A stretch of DNA of 64,000 bases from positions 960,001-1,024,000 of the forward strand of contig CAXXXD010000002.1 of the NCBI GenBank assembly GCA_963663385.2, written 5' to 3'. The first letter of the stretch is position 1; each line of letters begins with the position of its first letter. The notes under the pieces were generated by a model. The model was not told the origin of the DNA, made no database searches, and saw only the letters and a list, made by a program, of their open reading frames with translations. Made by a program: the position numbers and the translations under genes. Of the stretch, positions 21,833 to 32,295 are shown piece by piece. Source of the DNA: Oceanispirochaeta sp. GTDB lineage: Bacteria > Spirochaetota > Spirochaetia > DSM-2461.

Positions 21833-23159
21833 AACCTTTTATGTAGAGAATCTTGGTTGTTCTAAAAATCAGGTTGATGCAGAAACAATAATCTCGGCTC
21901 TGAAAAGAGCGGGATGGCAGTATTGTGACAGTCCGGACAGGGCTGAGTTGATAATTGTAAATACATGCGGGTTTATCAAATCCGCCAAAGAAGAATCCAT
22001 TCAGACTATTTTTGAGTACAGGGAACAGTATCCCGACAGGAAGGTTCTGGCGGCAGGCTGTTTTGCTCAGCGGTATAACGAAAATCTGATGGATATGATC
22101 CCCGAGCTGGATGGGGTGTTCGGAAACCGTGCTCCCGCTCTGATTCCGGATATTGTCAACGGTGTCATGAAGGGGGAAAAGCCCGTTTATGTACCCGAGC
22201 AGGATCTGAGGGTCCCCATGCGGGATGAGTTCCTCTCTTTTAAGGGGTCGGCATTTGTTAAAATAGGCGAGGGATGCAACAACCGGTGCAAGTTCTGTGC
22301 TATCCCCCTTATCAAAGGGGATCTGAAAAACCGGACAATCGAATCGATCATTGATGAAATCCGTGATCTCCTTGCAAAGGGCGTTTTTGAAATAAACCTG
22401 GTTTCCCAGGATCTGGCCAATTTCGGTATTGACCGGGGGCAGAGGGAACTTCCGGAGCTGCTCAAACAGATCTCCGCACTGGAAGGAAAATTCTGGCTGC
22501 GTCTGCTCTATATCCATCCGGATCATTTCCCTCTGGACATCCTGCCCCTGATGAAGGCTGACCCGAGGATCCTGCCGTACTTTGATATCCCCTTTCAGCA
22601 TGCCCATCCGGGAATTCTGAAAAGGATGGGACGGAAGGGCGACAGGGAGACTTATTTAAATCTGATACGCAGATTGAGAGAAGAATTTCCGGACGGTGTG
22701 ATCCGGTCGACCATTATGACCGGTTTCCCCGGAGAAAACAGGGAATCCTTTGCAGAACTGAGCCGCTTTCTGGAGGAAGCCCGCCTGGACTGGGTTGGTT
22801 TCTTTATCTATTCCAGAGAAGAGGGAACGGAAGCCTATCACTACAGGGGTGCTTTGGGAACGAAACTGGCCCTGCGCCGCGCTTCAAGGCAGAAGACCCT
22901 TCTGGAAAATCTGCAGAGTACAATTTCCGAAGAGCAGATGGAACGTTTTGTAGGGAAAGAGATGGTTCTTCTGGTGGAAGAAGCGGTTGAGGAAGAACCT
23001 CTGTATCTGACAAGGGCCGCTATACAGGCTCCGGAAGTGGATGGGCTGGTTGTGCTCCGTGCCGAAGGGCTTATCTCCGGACAGATCGTTAACGCCCGTA
23101 TCATAAGGCGGAACGGACTGGATCTGGAAGCGGTTCTGGTGGGAAACGGGGATGACTGA
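21789..23159 (+). CDS. rimO: Ribosomal protein S12 methylthiotransferase
   Basis: LGCSKNQVDAE, NTCGFI, GCNNRCKFCAIP, QAPEVDG. Confidence 0.93.
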   Translation: MMKENMTSSSSLSSKTFYVENLGCSKNQVDAETIISALKRAGWQYCDSPDRAELIIVNTCGFIKSAKEESIQTIFEYREQYPDRKVLAAGCFAQRYNENLMDMIPELDGVFGNRAPALIPDIVNGVMKGEKPVYVPEQDLRVPMRDEFLSFKGSAFVKIGEGCNNRCKFCAIPLIKGDLKNRTIESIIDEIRDLLAKGVFEINLVSQDLANFGIDRGQRELPELLKQISALEGKFWLRLLYIHPDHFPLDILPLMKADPRILPYFDIPFQHAHPGILKRMGRKGDRETYLNLIRRLREEFPDGVIRSTIMTGFPGENRESFAELSRFLEEARLDWVGFFIYSREEGTEAYHYRGALGTKLALRRASRQKTLLENLQSTISEEQMERFVGKEMVLLVEEAVEEEPLYLTRAAIQAPEVDGLVVLRAEGLISGQIVNARIIRRNGLDLEAVLVGNGDD

Positions 23160-25248
23160 TCCCGTCTGGCTGGATGCGCTTAACAAGGAGCAGAGACAGG
23201 CCGTTAAGCATGAACAGGCTCCTCTTCTGATCCTGGCCGGCGCCGGATCGGGGAAAACCCGTGTGGTTACCACCCGTATCGCCTACCTTGTCCGGAAAAT
23301 GGGCTTTCAGCCGCTCTCCATCCTTGCCGTGACATTTACCAATAAAGCAGCCGCAGAGATGCGGGAACGTGTGGAGCAGATGGTTCCCGAGGCGGAGGGC
23401 GTCATGATCCGTACGTTTCACTCCTTCGGTGCCTGGCTGCTGCGGCGGAACGGCTCGCCTCTGGGGCTTAAAAGCAGTTTCACCATCTATGATGATGACG
23501 ATACACTGGGGCTGTTGAAGACCCTTTTTGAGAATCTGTCCCGAAACGAACTGAAACTGATTGCCCGGAATATTTCCCGGGCCAAGGACGAATGCCTTAC
23601 CCCTGAGGATGATCTGGGGCATATCAGTGCCGACCCTGACTTCCCCGGATACTACGCCCGGTATGAGCAGAGGTTACGGGAGATCGGTAATGCCGATTTC
23701 GGGGACCTTATCTTTCTGACCAAAAGGCTTCTGGAAGAGAATAACCCCGTCCGGCAGCGGATACAGCAGCGTTTCCGTGTTATTCTGGTAGATGAATACC
23801 AGGACTCCAACCGGGCCCAGTTCCAGCTGCTGCAGCAGCTGGTTTCACCGGATACCTGGCTCTGTGTGGTGGGGGATGATGATCAGTCCATCTACCGTTT
23901 CCGCGGGGCCGAGGTGGAGAATATACTGGGGTTTAAGGATCACTTCCCCGGGACCCGGGTGATTAAACTGGAGGAGAATTACCGTTCCACAGGGCATATC
24001 CTGGCCGTTGCCTCCCATGTTGTTTCCCATAATGAGGGGCGTCTGGGGAAAAACCTGTGGACCAGAAAGGAAGAGGGGGTTAAACCCCGTCTTGTCTATC
24101 TCTCCGATCAGGAAGAGGAAGCCCGGTACTGTGCCGACATCCTTCAGGACGGGAATTTCGGTAACAGCGCCATACTATACAGAACCAACGCCCAGTCCCG
24201 GATCTTTGAGAAGGTGTTCCGTCAGCAGAATATCCCCTACAGACTGGTGGGAACCGTCAGTTTCTACAGCAGGGAAGAGGTGAAAGATTCCCTGGCCTAT
24301 CTGGGATTCCTCAGCAATCCGGCGGATGAGGTCGCTTTCAGGCGGATCATCAATAAGCCTGCCAGGGGGATCGGAGCGGTTTCTCTCAGGAAAATCCTGA
24401 CCCGAAACGGCCGGGAGATGGTTGTCCGGGATCTGGATGAAGCTCTCCTTTCCGCCGAAGGGTTCCTCAAAGGGAAGGCGGCCAAAGGGGTTAAGGCTCT
24501 TAACGAAGTCCTCCGGGAGTTGAGGGAAAGCCTGGGGCAGGATGAAAATCTGGGAGCCTACCTGAAGAATCTTGTGGTACTGACCGGTCTTCTTGATTAC
24601 TACCGGGAACAGGACCGTGTTGAAAATTCCCAGAGAGTGGGGAACCTGGAGGAGCTGGTTTCGGCTGCGTCGGATTATCCCTCCACTCCGGAGGGACTGG
24701 CGGAATTCCTGGAACTGATCGAACTGGACCAGTCTTCCCTTGAAGAGGAAGAGACGGACATCAACAGGGTTACCCTGATTACCATGCATAACACGAAGGG
24801 CCTGGAATTCGACCGGGTTTTCATTTCCGGAATGGAAGAGGGGCTGTTTCCCAGGGGCAGCCTTTATGATGATGAAGAGGAGATAGAGGAAGAACGGCGC
24901 CTTTTCTATGTCAGCATAACCAGAGCCCGGAAAGAACTCTATCTGACAAGCTGCCGCAGACGGATGCTCTACGGCCGTACGGAAGATGCACTTCCCAGCC
25001 GTTTCCTGGATGAACTGCCCGGGGAGCACATTGATGTGGAGGGAGGCGCGCCTTCAGTCCGGAACGAATCGGACTATCCTCCCGGTACCAGGCTTTATCA
25101 TGAGGACTATGGTGTGGGCGAGGTTGTGAGCAATGCGGAAAACGGGGGACATCTTGTTATTATGGTCCGTTTTGAAACCGGACAGTCCATGACTTTCCTG
25201 CCGGAATTCAACGGCTATCAACTGGAAAAACTGGGAGGTGAATGGTGA
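23152..25248 (+). CDS. uvrD: ATP-dependent DNA helicase UvrD/PcrA
   Basis: AGAGSGKT, DEYQD, VGDDDQSIYRFRGA, NYRS, KGLEF, EEERRLFYV. Confidence 0.93.
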   Translation: MTDPVWLDALNKEQRQAVKHEQAPLLILAGAGSGKTRVVTTRIAYLVRKMGFQPLSILAVTFTNKAAAEMRERVEQMVPEAEGVMIRTFHSFGAWLLRRNGSPLGLKSSFTIYDDDDTLGLLKTLFENLSRNELKLIARNISRAKDECLTPEDDLGHISADPDFPGYYARYEQRLREIGNADFGDLIFLTKRLLEENNPVRQRIQQRFRVILVDEYQDSNRAQFQLLQQLVSPDTWLCVVGDDDQSIYRFRGAEVENILGFKDHFPGTRVIKLEENYRSTGHILAVASHVVSHNEGRLGKNLWTRKEEGVKPRLVYLSDQEEEARYCADILQDGNFGNSAILYRTNAQSRIFEKVFRQQNIPYRLVGTVSFYSREEVKDSLAYLGFLSNPADEVAFRRIINKPARGIGAVSLRKILTRNGREMVVRDLDEALLSAEGFLKGKAAKGVKALNEVLRELRESLGQDENLGAYLKNLVVLTGLLDYYREQDRVENSQRVGNLEELVSAASDYPSTPEGLAEFLELIELDQSSLEEEETDINRVTLITMHNTKGLEFDRVFISGMEEGLFPRGSLYDDEEEIEEERRLFYVSITRARKELYLTSCRRRMLYGRTEDALPSRFLDELPGEHIDVEGGAPSVRNESDYPPGTRLYHEDYGVGEVVSNAENGGHLVIMVRFETGQSMTFLPEFNGYQLEKLGGEW

Positions 25249-26051
25249 TGGGTATGGAACTGCTGCGGGAGATGCCTGTAATCCGGCGTGCACGGGAATT
25301 TCACCTTTATGATAATGCGGGGAAACGACTGCTGGACCTGTATCTGAACGGGGGAAAGGCTCTGCTGGGGCATCGCCCCGAGGGATTTTCCCTGATTGTA
25401 AAGAATACGCTGGCCCGGGGGGTAACAGCGGAATACCCATCCCACGAAGAGGGGAAAATGCTGAAAGCGGCTAAGGCCCTCTGGGGGAAAACTCACCCCC
25501 GGATCCGTTACTACCGGGATATGACCCGGCTGGGGATCTGGCTGTCCGATCAGAATCTGCTGCTCCCGGGTAATCCTGTTCCCGATCCGGTTCTGAATGA
25601 GACAGGGGAGGTTTCCCTGTGGCGGCCCTGGCTGACGGGGCTGAAGGCTCCCGGGATTTTTATCCCCGTTTTACCTGTTCCCGGTATGGAAACCGGGGTG
25701 CTGCTCTGTGCATCGGAGGGGATAAAAGATCTGCCGGAAGGGGATATCCCGTCTCCCGTCCTGGCGGCCGGACTCAGCCGCTGTCTCTGGTTACTTAAAT
25801 CGGTTATGGAGGAACACCCTTTATCGCCCCATGATTCCATGAGCGGGCTGCCGGTTTTTAAGGGGTGGGAGAGGAAAGGATCCTACCTTGTCTGGCTGGG
25901 AAAAAAGGACGATTATGCAGATATCTTTCGCCGGGCTCTGGAGGGAGGAATTTTGCTCCCTCCTGATCCGTCAATTCCTGCCGTGCTGCCCTATGAGCTG
26001 ACCAGCGGTGACAGAAAAGTACTGAATAAGCTTTTTTCCCAAGGAGAATAA
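25242..26051 (+). CDS. Degenerate PLP aminotransferase class III-like protein
   Basis: N-terminus RRAREFHLYDNAGKRLLDLY...LLGH resembles class III aminotransferases; short (269 aa), catalytic region not recognisable. Confidence 0.5.
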   Translation: MVMGMELLREMPVIRRAREFHLYDNAGKRLLDLYLNGGKALLGHRPEGFSLIVKNTLARGVTAEYPSHEEGKMLKAAKALWGKTHPRIRYYRDMTRLGIWLSDQNLLLPGNPVPDPVLNETGEVSLWRPWLTGLKAPGIFIPVLPVPGMETGVLLCASEGIKDLPEGDIPSPVLAAGLSRCLWLLKSVMEEHPLSPHDSMSGLPVFKGWERKGSYLVWLGKKDDYADIFRRALEGGILLPPDPSIPAVLPYELTSGDRKVLNKLFSQGE

Positions 26052-26054
26052 ACC

Positions 26055-26348
26055 ATGGATTACCCCGTAGTGCTTCTAGCAAAAACATCCGGAAGTTTTC
26101 TGGCAGCCTTTCTGGCCATCTGGGTGTGGACCAGGATCAGGGAGGAGGGCTGGGCCCTTCTTGTTCTGGGAACCCTGATCCAGTTTGCGGTTCTTCTCCT
26201 TGAAGTTCTGCTTATTTTCGGGATCCTCTCTCTGGAAGGGGCTCCGGGAAGAGCTGTCCCTCTCTGGTTCGGCATCCTCCAGGCACTGCCCTATCTGTTT
26301 TACTCCATGGGTTTCGGCTTTTTTGTTTACCGGAACAGGCATTACTGA
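26055..26348 (+). CDS. Small hypothetical membrane protein
   Basis: Three hydrophobic segments; AAGGAG SD. Confidence 0.65.
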   Translation: MDYPVVLLAKTSGSFLAAFLAIWVWTRIREEGWALLVLGTLIQFAVLLLEVLLIFGILSLEGAPGRAVPLWFGILQALPYLFYSMGFGFFVYRNRHY

Positions 26349-26470
26349 AAAAAACTTATAAAGTGTTTGACCGGATGCATTTCCTTATTGACAATTATTC
26401 TCTCCTGTGTGAAACTAACGAACCCGTTACGACTATATAAAAGACCTATTGGATAAGGCAGAAGAAAAGA

Positions 26471-26899
26471 ATGAAAACAATATTTGTTAAACCAAATGAA
26501 GTAGAGCGTAAGTGGTACGTTATTGATGCGGCTGGTCAGTCTCTCGGACGTGTTGCAGTAAAAGCGGCTACTATACTTCGCGGAAAGAATAAAGCTCTTT
26601 ACACACCTCACCAGGAAGTTGGTGACTATGTTATTATCGTGAATGCAAAAAATGCAGTTATGACCGGTAATAAGAGAAACGACAAGATGTACTACCGTCA
26701 CTCCGGTTTCCTGGGTGGAATGAAATCAGAGAACTATGAAAAGCTGGTTGCCAGAAAACCTACTGCTCCCATGGAAAAGGCTGTAAAGGGAATGCTTCCC
26801 CGCGGTCCCCTCGGGAACAAGCTGTTTTCCAACGTAAAGATCTACGCCGGTGCGGAACATCCTCATACGGCTCAGCAGCCCGAAAAGATTGAGATGTAA
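26471..26899 (+). CDS. rplM: 50S ribosomal protein L13
   Basis: [11 protein letters not shown]...LRGK; YYRHSG; VKGMLP; HPH.AQQP. Confidence 0.98.
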   Translation: MKTIFVKPNEVERKWYVIDAAGQSLGRVAVKAATILRGKNKALYTPHQEVGDYVIIVNAKNAVMTGNKRNDKMYYRHSGFLGGMKSENYEKLVARKPTAPMEKAVKGMLPRGPLGNKLFSNVKIYAGAEHPHTAQQPEKIEM

Positions 26900-26916
26900 G
26901 GAACAGGAGAGATACA

Positions 26917-27309
26917 GTGATTAAAAATCTTGCACATGGAACAGGAAGAAGAAAAACCGCCACTGCTCGTGTTTATCTGAGACAGGGAAAAGGTGAAATC
27001 AAAGTGAATGGCAAAGCCATTGCAGATTTTTTCCCTATTGAGCAGCAGGTTACCATGATTCGTCAGCCCCTGGTTGTGACTGACAATGATGAAAAATACG
27101 ATGTCCTAATTAATGTAAAAGGCGGTGGAATTACCGGTCAGGCTGGTGCCTGTCGTCATGGTATTTCCAGAGCTCTTGTTGATCTGGATGAAGCCAACAG
27201 ACCTTCTCTGAAGGCTAACGGATTCCTGACAAGGGATTCCAGAATGGTAGAGAGAAAGAAATATGGACAGAGAGGAGCTCGTAGAAAGTTCCAGTTCTCA
27301 AAACGTTAA
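26917..27309 (+). CDS. rpsI: 30S ribosomal protein S9
   Basis: [36 protein letters not shown]. Confidence 0.98.
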   Translation: MIKNLAHGTGRRKTATARVYLRQGKGEIKVNGKAIADFFPIEQQVTMIRQPLVVTDNDEKYDVLINVKGGGITGQAGACRHGISRALVDLDEANRPSLKANGFLTRDSRMVERKKYGQRGARRKFQFSKR

Positions 27310-27916
27310 TCTTTTTATCGCAGACCTGCGAAATAGAGGAACCAGAAAGGAGACCGTTTCGGTCTCTCTTTCAGAGGGTTCCTCTTTTTTTATACCCTCA
27401 GCCTGGGCCGAACGGTTTGGAGAGGGGGTGCAGCTGGGAGAGAGAGACCTTGAGGAAATACGGAAAGCGGATGAATATATCCGCTGCAGGGAGTGGGCAG
27501 CTGCTTTTCTGGCATCCCGGGAGGAATCTTCCGGGCGGCTGCTTCAGAAAATGATCAAGCGCGGTTACAGCCGGGATACCGGGCGGGAAGTCATTCAGGA
27601 ACTTCAGCAGCTGGGATTTCAGGATGATGCCCGGTTTGCAGAGCAGTGGCTGCGGGGGCGTATGGAATCTCATCCTGAAAGCAGACAATATCTGGAGGCC
27701 CGGCTCCTTCAGCGGGGAGTCAGCAGCTGTATTGCCAGTGAATCTGTTTCTCAAATGGTAGGCCAGGAGGAGGAGCTTCTCATGCTTCGCCGTTTGATAG
27801 AGAAGTGGATTCCCGATCCCTCTGAGGCGGATGAGAAGCAGATACGCAGAATTATGAACAGGGGTTTTTCATACAGTTACATAAAAAGAAATTTATTCAA
27901 TGACAATGAATACTGA
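27263..27916 (+). CDS. recX: Regulatory protein RecX
   Basis: LASREES..L..K...[23 protein letters not shown]; start uncertain. Confidence 0.75.
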   Translation: MDREELVESSSSQNVNLFIADLRNRGTRKETVSVSLSEGSSFFIPSAWAERFGEGVQLGERDLEEIRKADEYIRCREWAAAFLASREESSGRLLQKMIKRGYSRDTGREVIQELQQLGFQDDARFAEQWLRGRMESHPESRQYLEARLLQRGVSSCIASESVSQMVGQEEELLMLRRLIEKWIPDPSEADEKQIRRIMNRGFSYSYIKRNLFNDNEY

Positions 27917-27962
27917 TTCGCTGTATAATATTTCTGAATCTTCTATCTGAAAGGAATGATTG

Positions 27963-28346
27963 ATGAGTGATGAAAAAGCGGTACTCCTGGTCGAAGACGA
28001 AGATGCTATCCGGTTGACTTTACGGGATTACCTTTTGAAAAAAGGGTATGCAGTCTTTGTGGCTTCCGATGGTGTCGGTGCTATCAAACAGCTTCTGGAT
28101 AATCCTCATATCAAAGTGATTGTCAGCGATTACCGCATGGAAATCCTCGGCGGCGATTACTGGATCAAATTCCTTAATCATTACTGTTCCGACAAGGAGG
28201 TTATTGTTACAAGCGGCTTCCTTCGTCCTGAATTTCCTGTCCCTTATGAGGTTTTTTATAAACCCTATGATTATGCGGATCTGGAATCCGCTCTTGCTGG
28301 CGTCTTTGATAAGATGAATGGAGTTGCAGAACCTTCTGATGGTTGA
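27963..28346 (+). CDS. Stand-alone response regulator receiver
   Basis: LLVEDE, VSDYRM, YKP. Confidence 0.85.
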   Translation: MSDEKAVLLVEDEDAIRLTLRDYLLKKGYAVFVASDGVGAIKQLLDNPHIKVIVSDYRMEILGGDYWIKFLNHYCSDKEVIVTSGFLRPEFPVPYEVFYKPYDYADLESALAGVFDKMNGVAEPSDG

Positions 28347-28614
28347 AGCCTGGCATGTAACCGTTACCGGGCGGGTCCAGGGAGTGGGATTCCGTTTTTC
28401 TACTTTCCGGCAAGCAAAATTGACTGGCGTGAACGGTTGGGTGCGCAATGCATTCGACGGTTCGGTTGAGGTTTTTGTTCAGGGGGAAAATCTGCCGGTA
28501 GCCCGGTTTCTGCAATGGCTCTCACAGGGGCCGCCCCTGTCTCATGTGACAGGTCTGGTAAAAATGCCTGCGGCTGTTGATGAAAACTGCCGGGACTTTG
28601 AAATAACCTTTTAA
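28318..28614 (+). CDS. acyP: Acylphosphatase
   Basis: VTGRVQGVGFR...GWVRN..DGSVE; true start may be 28339. Confidence 0.92.
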   Translation: MELQNLLMVEAWHVTVTGRVQGVGFRFSTFRQAKLTGVNGWVRNAFDGSVEVFVQGENLPVARFLQWLSQGPPLSHVTGLVKMPAAVDENCRDFEITF

Positions 28615-28676
28615 TATTCTATGTGATTAAGATATTCTCCTTTTATACTATATAGTAACTTTTCTTTCAGGAAGGG

Positions 28677-29675
28677 ATGTATATGCATCGATACAGGAAG
28701 ATATTTATTCTGGGTTCCGGTTTTTCAAAGGCGGTATCCTCCAATATGCCGACTATCAAGGATTTGAAGAAGAGGTTGATCTCCCTCGATCCTTCCGAAG
28801 CGAACTTCGGCGAGCTGGTACGGTACATACAAAACCTGACAGATCTGTCCAATAATGATCCGGCTTTGACAAGTTTTGAATCAATCTGTCATCTGATCCT
28901 TTCCAAACCTTTTTATTTTAACAGTGATGAAGAGCTTCGGTATTATATTCTAAGGACTCAACTGCTCCGCTGGATTCATTCCAGGATCGAGAACGAAGAG
29001 CCGACTATTGACCGGAAGTACCGCTCTGATGTTATCGATTTTCTGGAATACAGCAGTTGTAGCTGTTCTCCGGCAGTACAGGAGGGAGAAAGCCTTGTTA
29101 TTACTTTTAATTATGACCTTCTACTGGAACGGCTTTTAAAGAACAACAAAAACCGTGTCTGTCGCATGAATCACTCAGTACGGTTAAATACCTACCGCGA
29201 TATGGTCCGGGATGAAGGACGTTCCTCTTCTGATCTGGTGTTTGAGTATTTAAAACTTCACGGATCTTTTGACTGGTATCTGGCTCCTTCTTCAGACAGT
29301 ATCAATATAAGCAATACATATCATGTAGAGTTCGATGATCATAACAGGGAGCTTATTCATAAGGGAGATATACCCGTATTTGTTCCCATGTCATTCAGTA
29401 AGACCAAGTACCTGAAGGGCTCTCTTTTTAATATCCTCTGGAATAAAGCTGTTTCCTATATGGACGCGGCTGAGCAGATTCATTTTATCGGATACGGTTT
29501 TCCCGCTTCGGATAATGACTATCTGGAGCTTTTTTTAAAGTATAAGCAGAAGGTCCGGGATATTGTCCTTTTTGATAAACCCTCTCAGAAAAGGGCGGAA
29601 AGAATCTTTGAGAATGCCCGGGTGATGCATATGCATGCCGGGGAGTATCTTAAGCAGAAGATGTACAGGATATAG
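28677..29675 (+). CDS. SIR2-like domain protein
   Basis: FILGSGFSK..MP, ITFNYDLLLE, YLKLHGSFDW, FIGYGFP..D. Confidence 0.75.
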   Translation: MYMHRYRKIFILGSGFSKAVSSNMPTIKDLKKRLISLDPSEANFGELVRYIQNLTDLSNNDPALTSFESICHLILSKPFYFNSDEELRYYILRTQLLRWIHSRIENEEPTIDRKYRSDVIDFLEYSSCSCSPAVQEGESLVITFNYDLLLERLLKNNKNRVCRMNHSVRLNTYRDMVRDEGRSSSDLVFEYLKLHGSFDWYLAPSSDSINISNTYHVEFDDHNRELIHKGDIPVFVPMSFSKTKYLKGSLFNILWNKAVSYMDAAEQIHFIGYGFPASDNDYLELFLKYKQKVRDIVLFDKPSQKRAERIFENARVMHMHAGEYLKQKMYRI

Positions 29676-29873
29676 ATGCTGATACGGACACGTTTAGTCA
29701 GGTGCACAATATCTGTCAGGATAGACAATTAACTTGACAAATGAGACATTTAATCGCAATGTGGATTCAATAGCAGGATGGTCTGATTTTGATATCCCTT
29801 TTTAACTATAAAATTAGAGAATTATGTTTCGAAATATCCCTATTTATTATAGCAGAAAACAAGTATTTGTTTA

Positions 29874-30872
29874 CTATCTTTTTACAAGCATAGTGGGGAT
29901 TCTTGTTTCTGTATATGGCATATCATCACTATCTAAACGACTCAATAATACTTCTGCTACTGCTTTTCCGATTTGCTGCCAATCCTGATCAACAGAGCAA
30001 ATTGATGTATATGCCAGAGACAACCAAAACGCATCATCAAAACAAACCACATCAACATCCCTTGGGACTTGAATATTATGCTCTTTTAAATAGCAAATGA
30101 CTCCGATTGAAGCTATATCATTACCACAAAAGAGAGCGGTGACTTTTTCTTCTTCAACCAGATATTTTGCTGCATTATAGCATTCCCCGTGTTTCAAAGT
30201 ACTAAGAGGCATGCTGTGCTCTTTTCCGAATTTAATTAGATTGTTATCCGGCTTCAAACCATGCTGTATTAAGGCTGAACGATATCCTTCACAGCGTTCG
30301 TTCATCGTACCGTCAATATGGGAGCCTACAAAACCTATTCGTTTATGTCCTTTGTTCAATAAGATTTCTGTGCCATCAGATGAACCTTCAGAATTGGTAG
30401 ACATAATGAAATCTCGATTATAACCTAAAGGTTTCCTGTCTAAAAAGACGCAAGGGCATTTATCTCCAATTACCTGATTCATATAGCTACAATCAGTGTC
30501 CACCGGAGCAATAATCAATCCGTCGACACTTTGCATTACCAATTTCTTAATATTCTCCTGCTCTTTCTGCTTATTTTCATCAGACGTCAGATAAATGAGT
30601 TGGTACCCTTTTTCTGAAAGTATTTCATCAATGATTAAACCAATATCAAGAAAGAAATTTGATAAATTGGCAATAACATACCCAATCATCTTTGAACTGC
30701 CACTACGAAGATTTCTAGCGACAGGGTTTAACTCGTAATTAAGTTTCTCTATTGCATCTCTGACTTTTTTTTCTGTTTCCGGATTTACCTTCCTCGTTTT
30801 ATTGATAACATGAGAAACAGTTGAAGTGGATACTTTTGCCAGCGATGCAACATCCTTTATAGAATAGCCCAT
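29874..30872 (-). CDS. LacI-family regulator of the sugar/polyol island
   Basis: IKDVASLAKVSTSTVSHVIN HTH; GGAGG SD before ATG at 30872. Confidence 0.93.
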   Translation of the reverse strand: MGYSIKDVASLAKVSTSTVSHVINKTRKVNPETEKKVRDAIEKLNYELNPVARNLRSGSSKMIGYVIANLSNFFLDIGLIIDEILSEKGYQLIYLTSDENKQKEQENIKKLVMQSVDGLIIAPVDTDCSYMNQVIGDKCPCVFLDRKPLGYNRDFIMSTNSEGSSDGTEILLNKGHKRIGFVGSHIDGTMNERCEGYRSALIQHGLKPDNNLIKFGKEHSMPLSTLKHGECYNAAKYLVEEEKVTALFCGNDIASIGVICYLKEHNIQVPRDVDVVCFDDAFWLSLAYTSICSVDQDWQQIGKAVAEVLLSRLDSDDMPYTETRIPTMLVKR

Positions 30873-31022
30873 AGCAAAACAACCTCCAAATCGATACAAA
30901 CGTTTTCGTGTAAAGAATACTTAATCAAAATTGCATTGTCAATGTTGAAATTAGGCAAATTATCTCTATGTTTATATTGTAAAAAGAAATATTTACAAAT
31001 CATAGTTGTTATAAACTTTTTC

Positions 31023-31082
31023 TTGACAACATGAGGGAACCATTTTATTATTATCGAAACGATTGCGCAAACGTTTCGATAA
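31023..31082 (+). promoter_or_regulatory. Sigma70 promoter followed by a 32-bp palindromic double LacI-type operator
   Basis: TTGACA(31023)-17 bp-TATTAT(31046); TTATCGAAACGATTGCGCAAACGTTTCGATAA (31051-31082) has one mismatched pair. Confidence 0.75.
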
Positions 31083-31267
31083 GGTGTCGCCACGAAAAAA
31101 GGATATCAACACCCTCAGGCATAATAGGAGTTACATTCACGATCCCCAAAAAGGGGGGAGTGAATAAATGTTGTGAATAGTGGCACTTGTTGATTGAATT
31201 TTATATTTCTCTCTTTCGGGAGAATACTAAATGAAAATGGTTCTAAAATATCTGGAGGATTGAAGAG

Positions 31268-32224
31268 ATGAAAAAAATGATTTTGACGGTATTGTTGATA
31301 GCAGCAATGGGGTTGGGTGTTTTTGCAAACGGTCAGGCAGAAACCGCAGATGATGGTGTTATGAAAGTAGGGCTTACTCTACAGGATCTGACAAACCAGG
31401 TATGGGCATCCAGAGCTATGGCTGTTGAAGACATCATTAAAAAGAATGGTGGAGAGTTTACTTATGTAGGTTGTGAGTATAATGCAGCAACTCAGATCAG
31501 CCAGGTTGAAAATTTCATTGCAAGCGGTTGTGATATCGTAATGATCCACCCCGCAGAGAAAGCATCAATGGATTCAGCTCTGAAAGAATTTAAAGCTAAA
31601 AATCCGGATGTGAAGTTTTTTCTTTATGACGAAGAACTTGAGAATTCAGATATGAATTTTCTGGCTAATAACTATGACTGTGGATATATGATCGGTACCC
31701 AAGCTGCTAATTGGATTAATGAAAAGCTTGGTGGTACAGCGGAAGTCGGAGTTATTGGATGGCCTTCTATCGAAGTTCTACTTGAGAGAGAGAATGGTAT
31801 TAAGGATGCTATCAAGGATATTGCACCTAATGCAAAGATAGTTGCAAACGGTGCTGCTATAAACAATGTAGATGGTATGGCTCTGGCTGAGACTTTCTTG
31901 CAGGCTCATCCTGATATGCAGGTCATTGCATCAATAGGTGGGAGCTCTTGTGTAGGGGCAAATGAAGCTGTGAAAGCTGCTGGTAAACTGAACGATAAGT
32001 GGGGGATTTTCGGTTCGGATGCGACAGATGAAGAGCTTGCGGCAATTAACAGAAATGAAGCCATACGCTGTAGTATCATGTACACCGGATCCTCTGAAGA
32101 GGTTGCAGTATACGTCTATGACTGGCTGCTTCAGCTGTATAATAACGAACCTCATGACAAGAATGTATACCATGTATTTGTTCCTGTGGATGGCAGCAAC
32201 TATAAAAAGTATTACAACAAGTAA
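31268..32224 (+). CDS. Sugar ABC transporter substrate-binding protein (RbsB-like)
   Basis: Signal with FANGQ motif; QISQVENFIASGCD periplasmic binding protein type I. Confidence 0.88.
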   Translation: MKKMILTVLLIAAMGLGVFANGQAETADDGVMKVGLTLQDLTNQVWASRAMAVEDIIKKNGGEFTYVGCEYNAATQISQVENFIASGCDIVMIHPAEKASMDSALKEFKAKNPDVKFFLYDEELENSDMNFLANNYDCGYMIGTQAANWINEKLGGTAEVGVIGWPSIEVLLERENGIKDAIKDIAPNAKIVANGAAINNVDGMALAETFLQAHPDMQVIASIGGSSCVGANEAVKAAGKLNDKWGIFGSDATDEELAAINRNEAIRCSIMYTGSSEEVAVYVYDWLLQLYNNEPHDKNVYHVFVPVDGSNYKKYYNK

Positions 32225-32295
32225 GTCCAGTAATCAGTAAGATATCCACAGAGTCTCATATCGAGGCTTTGTGGATTCTTTATCCAGGAGGTATC

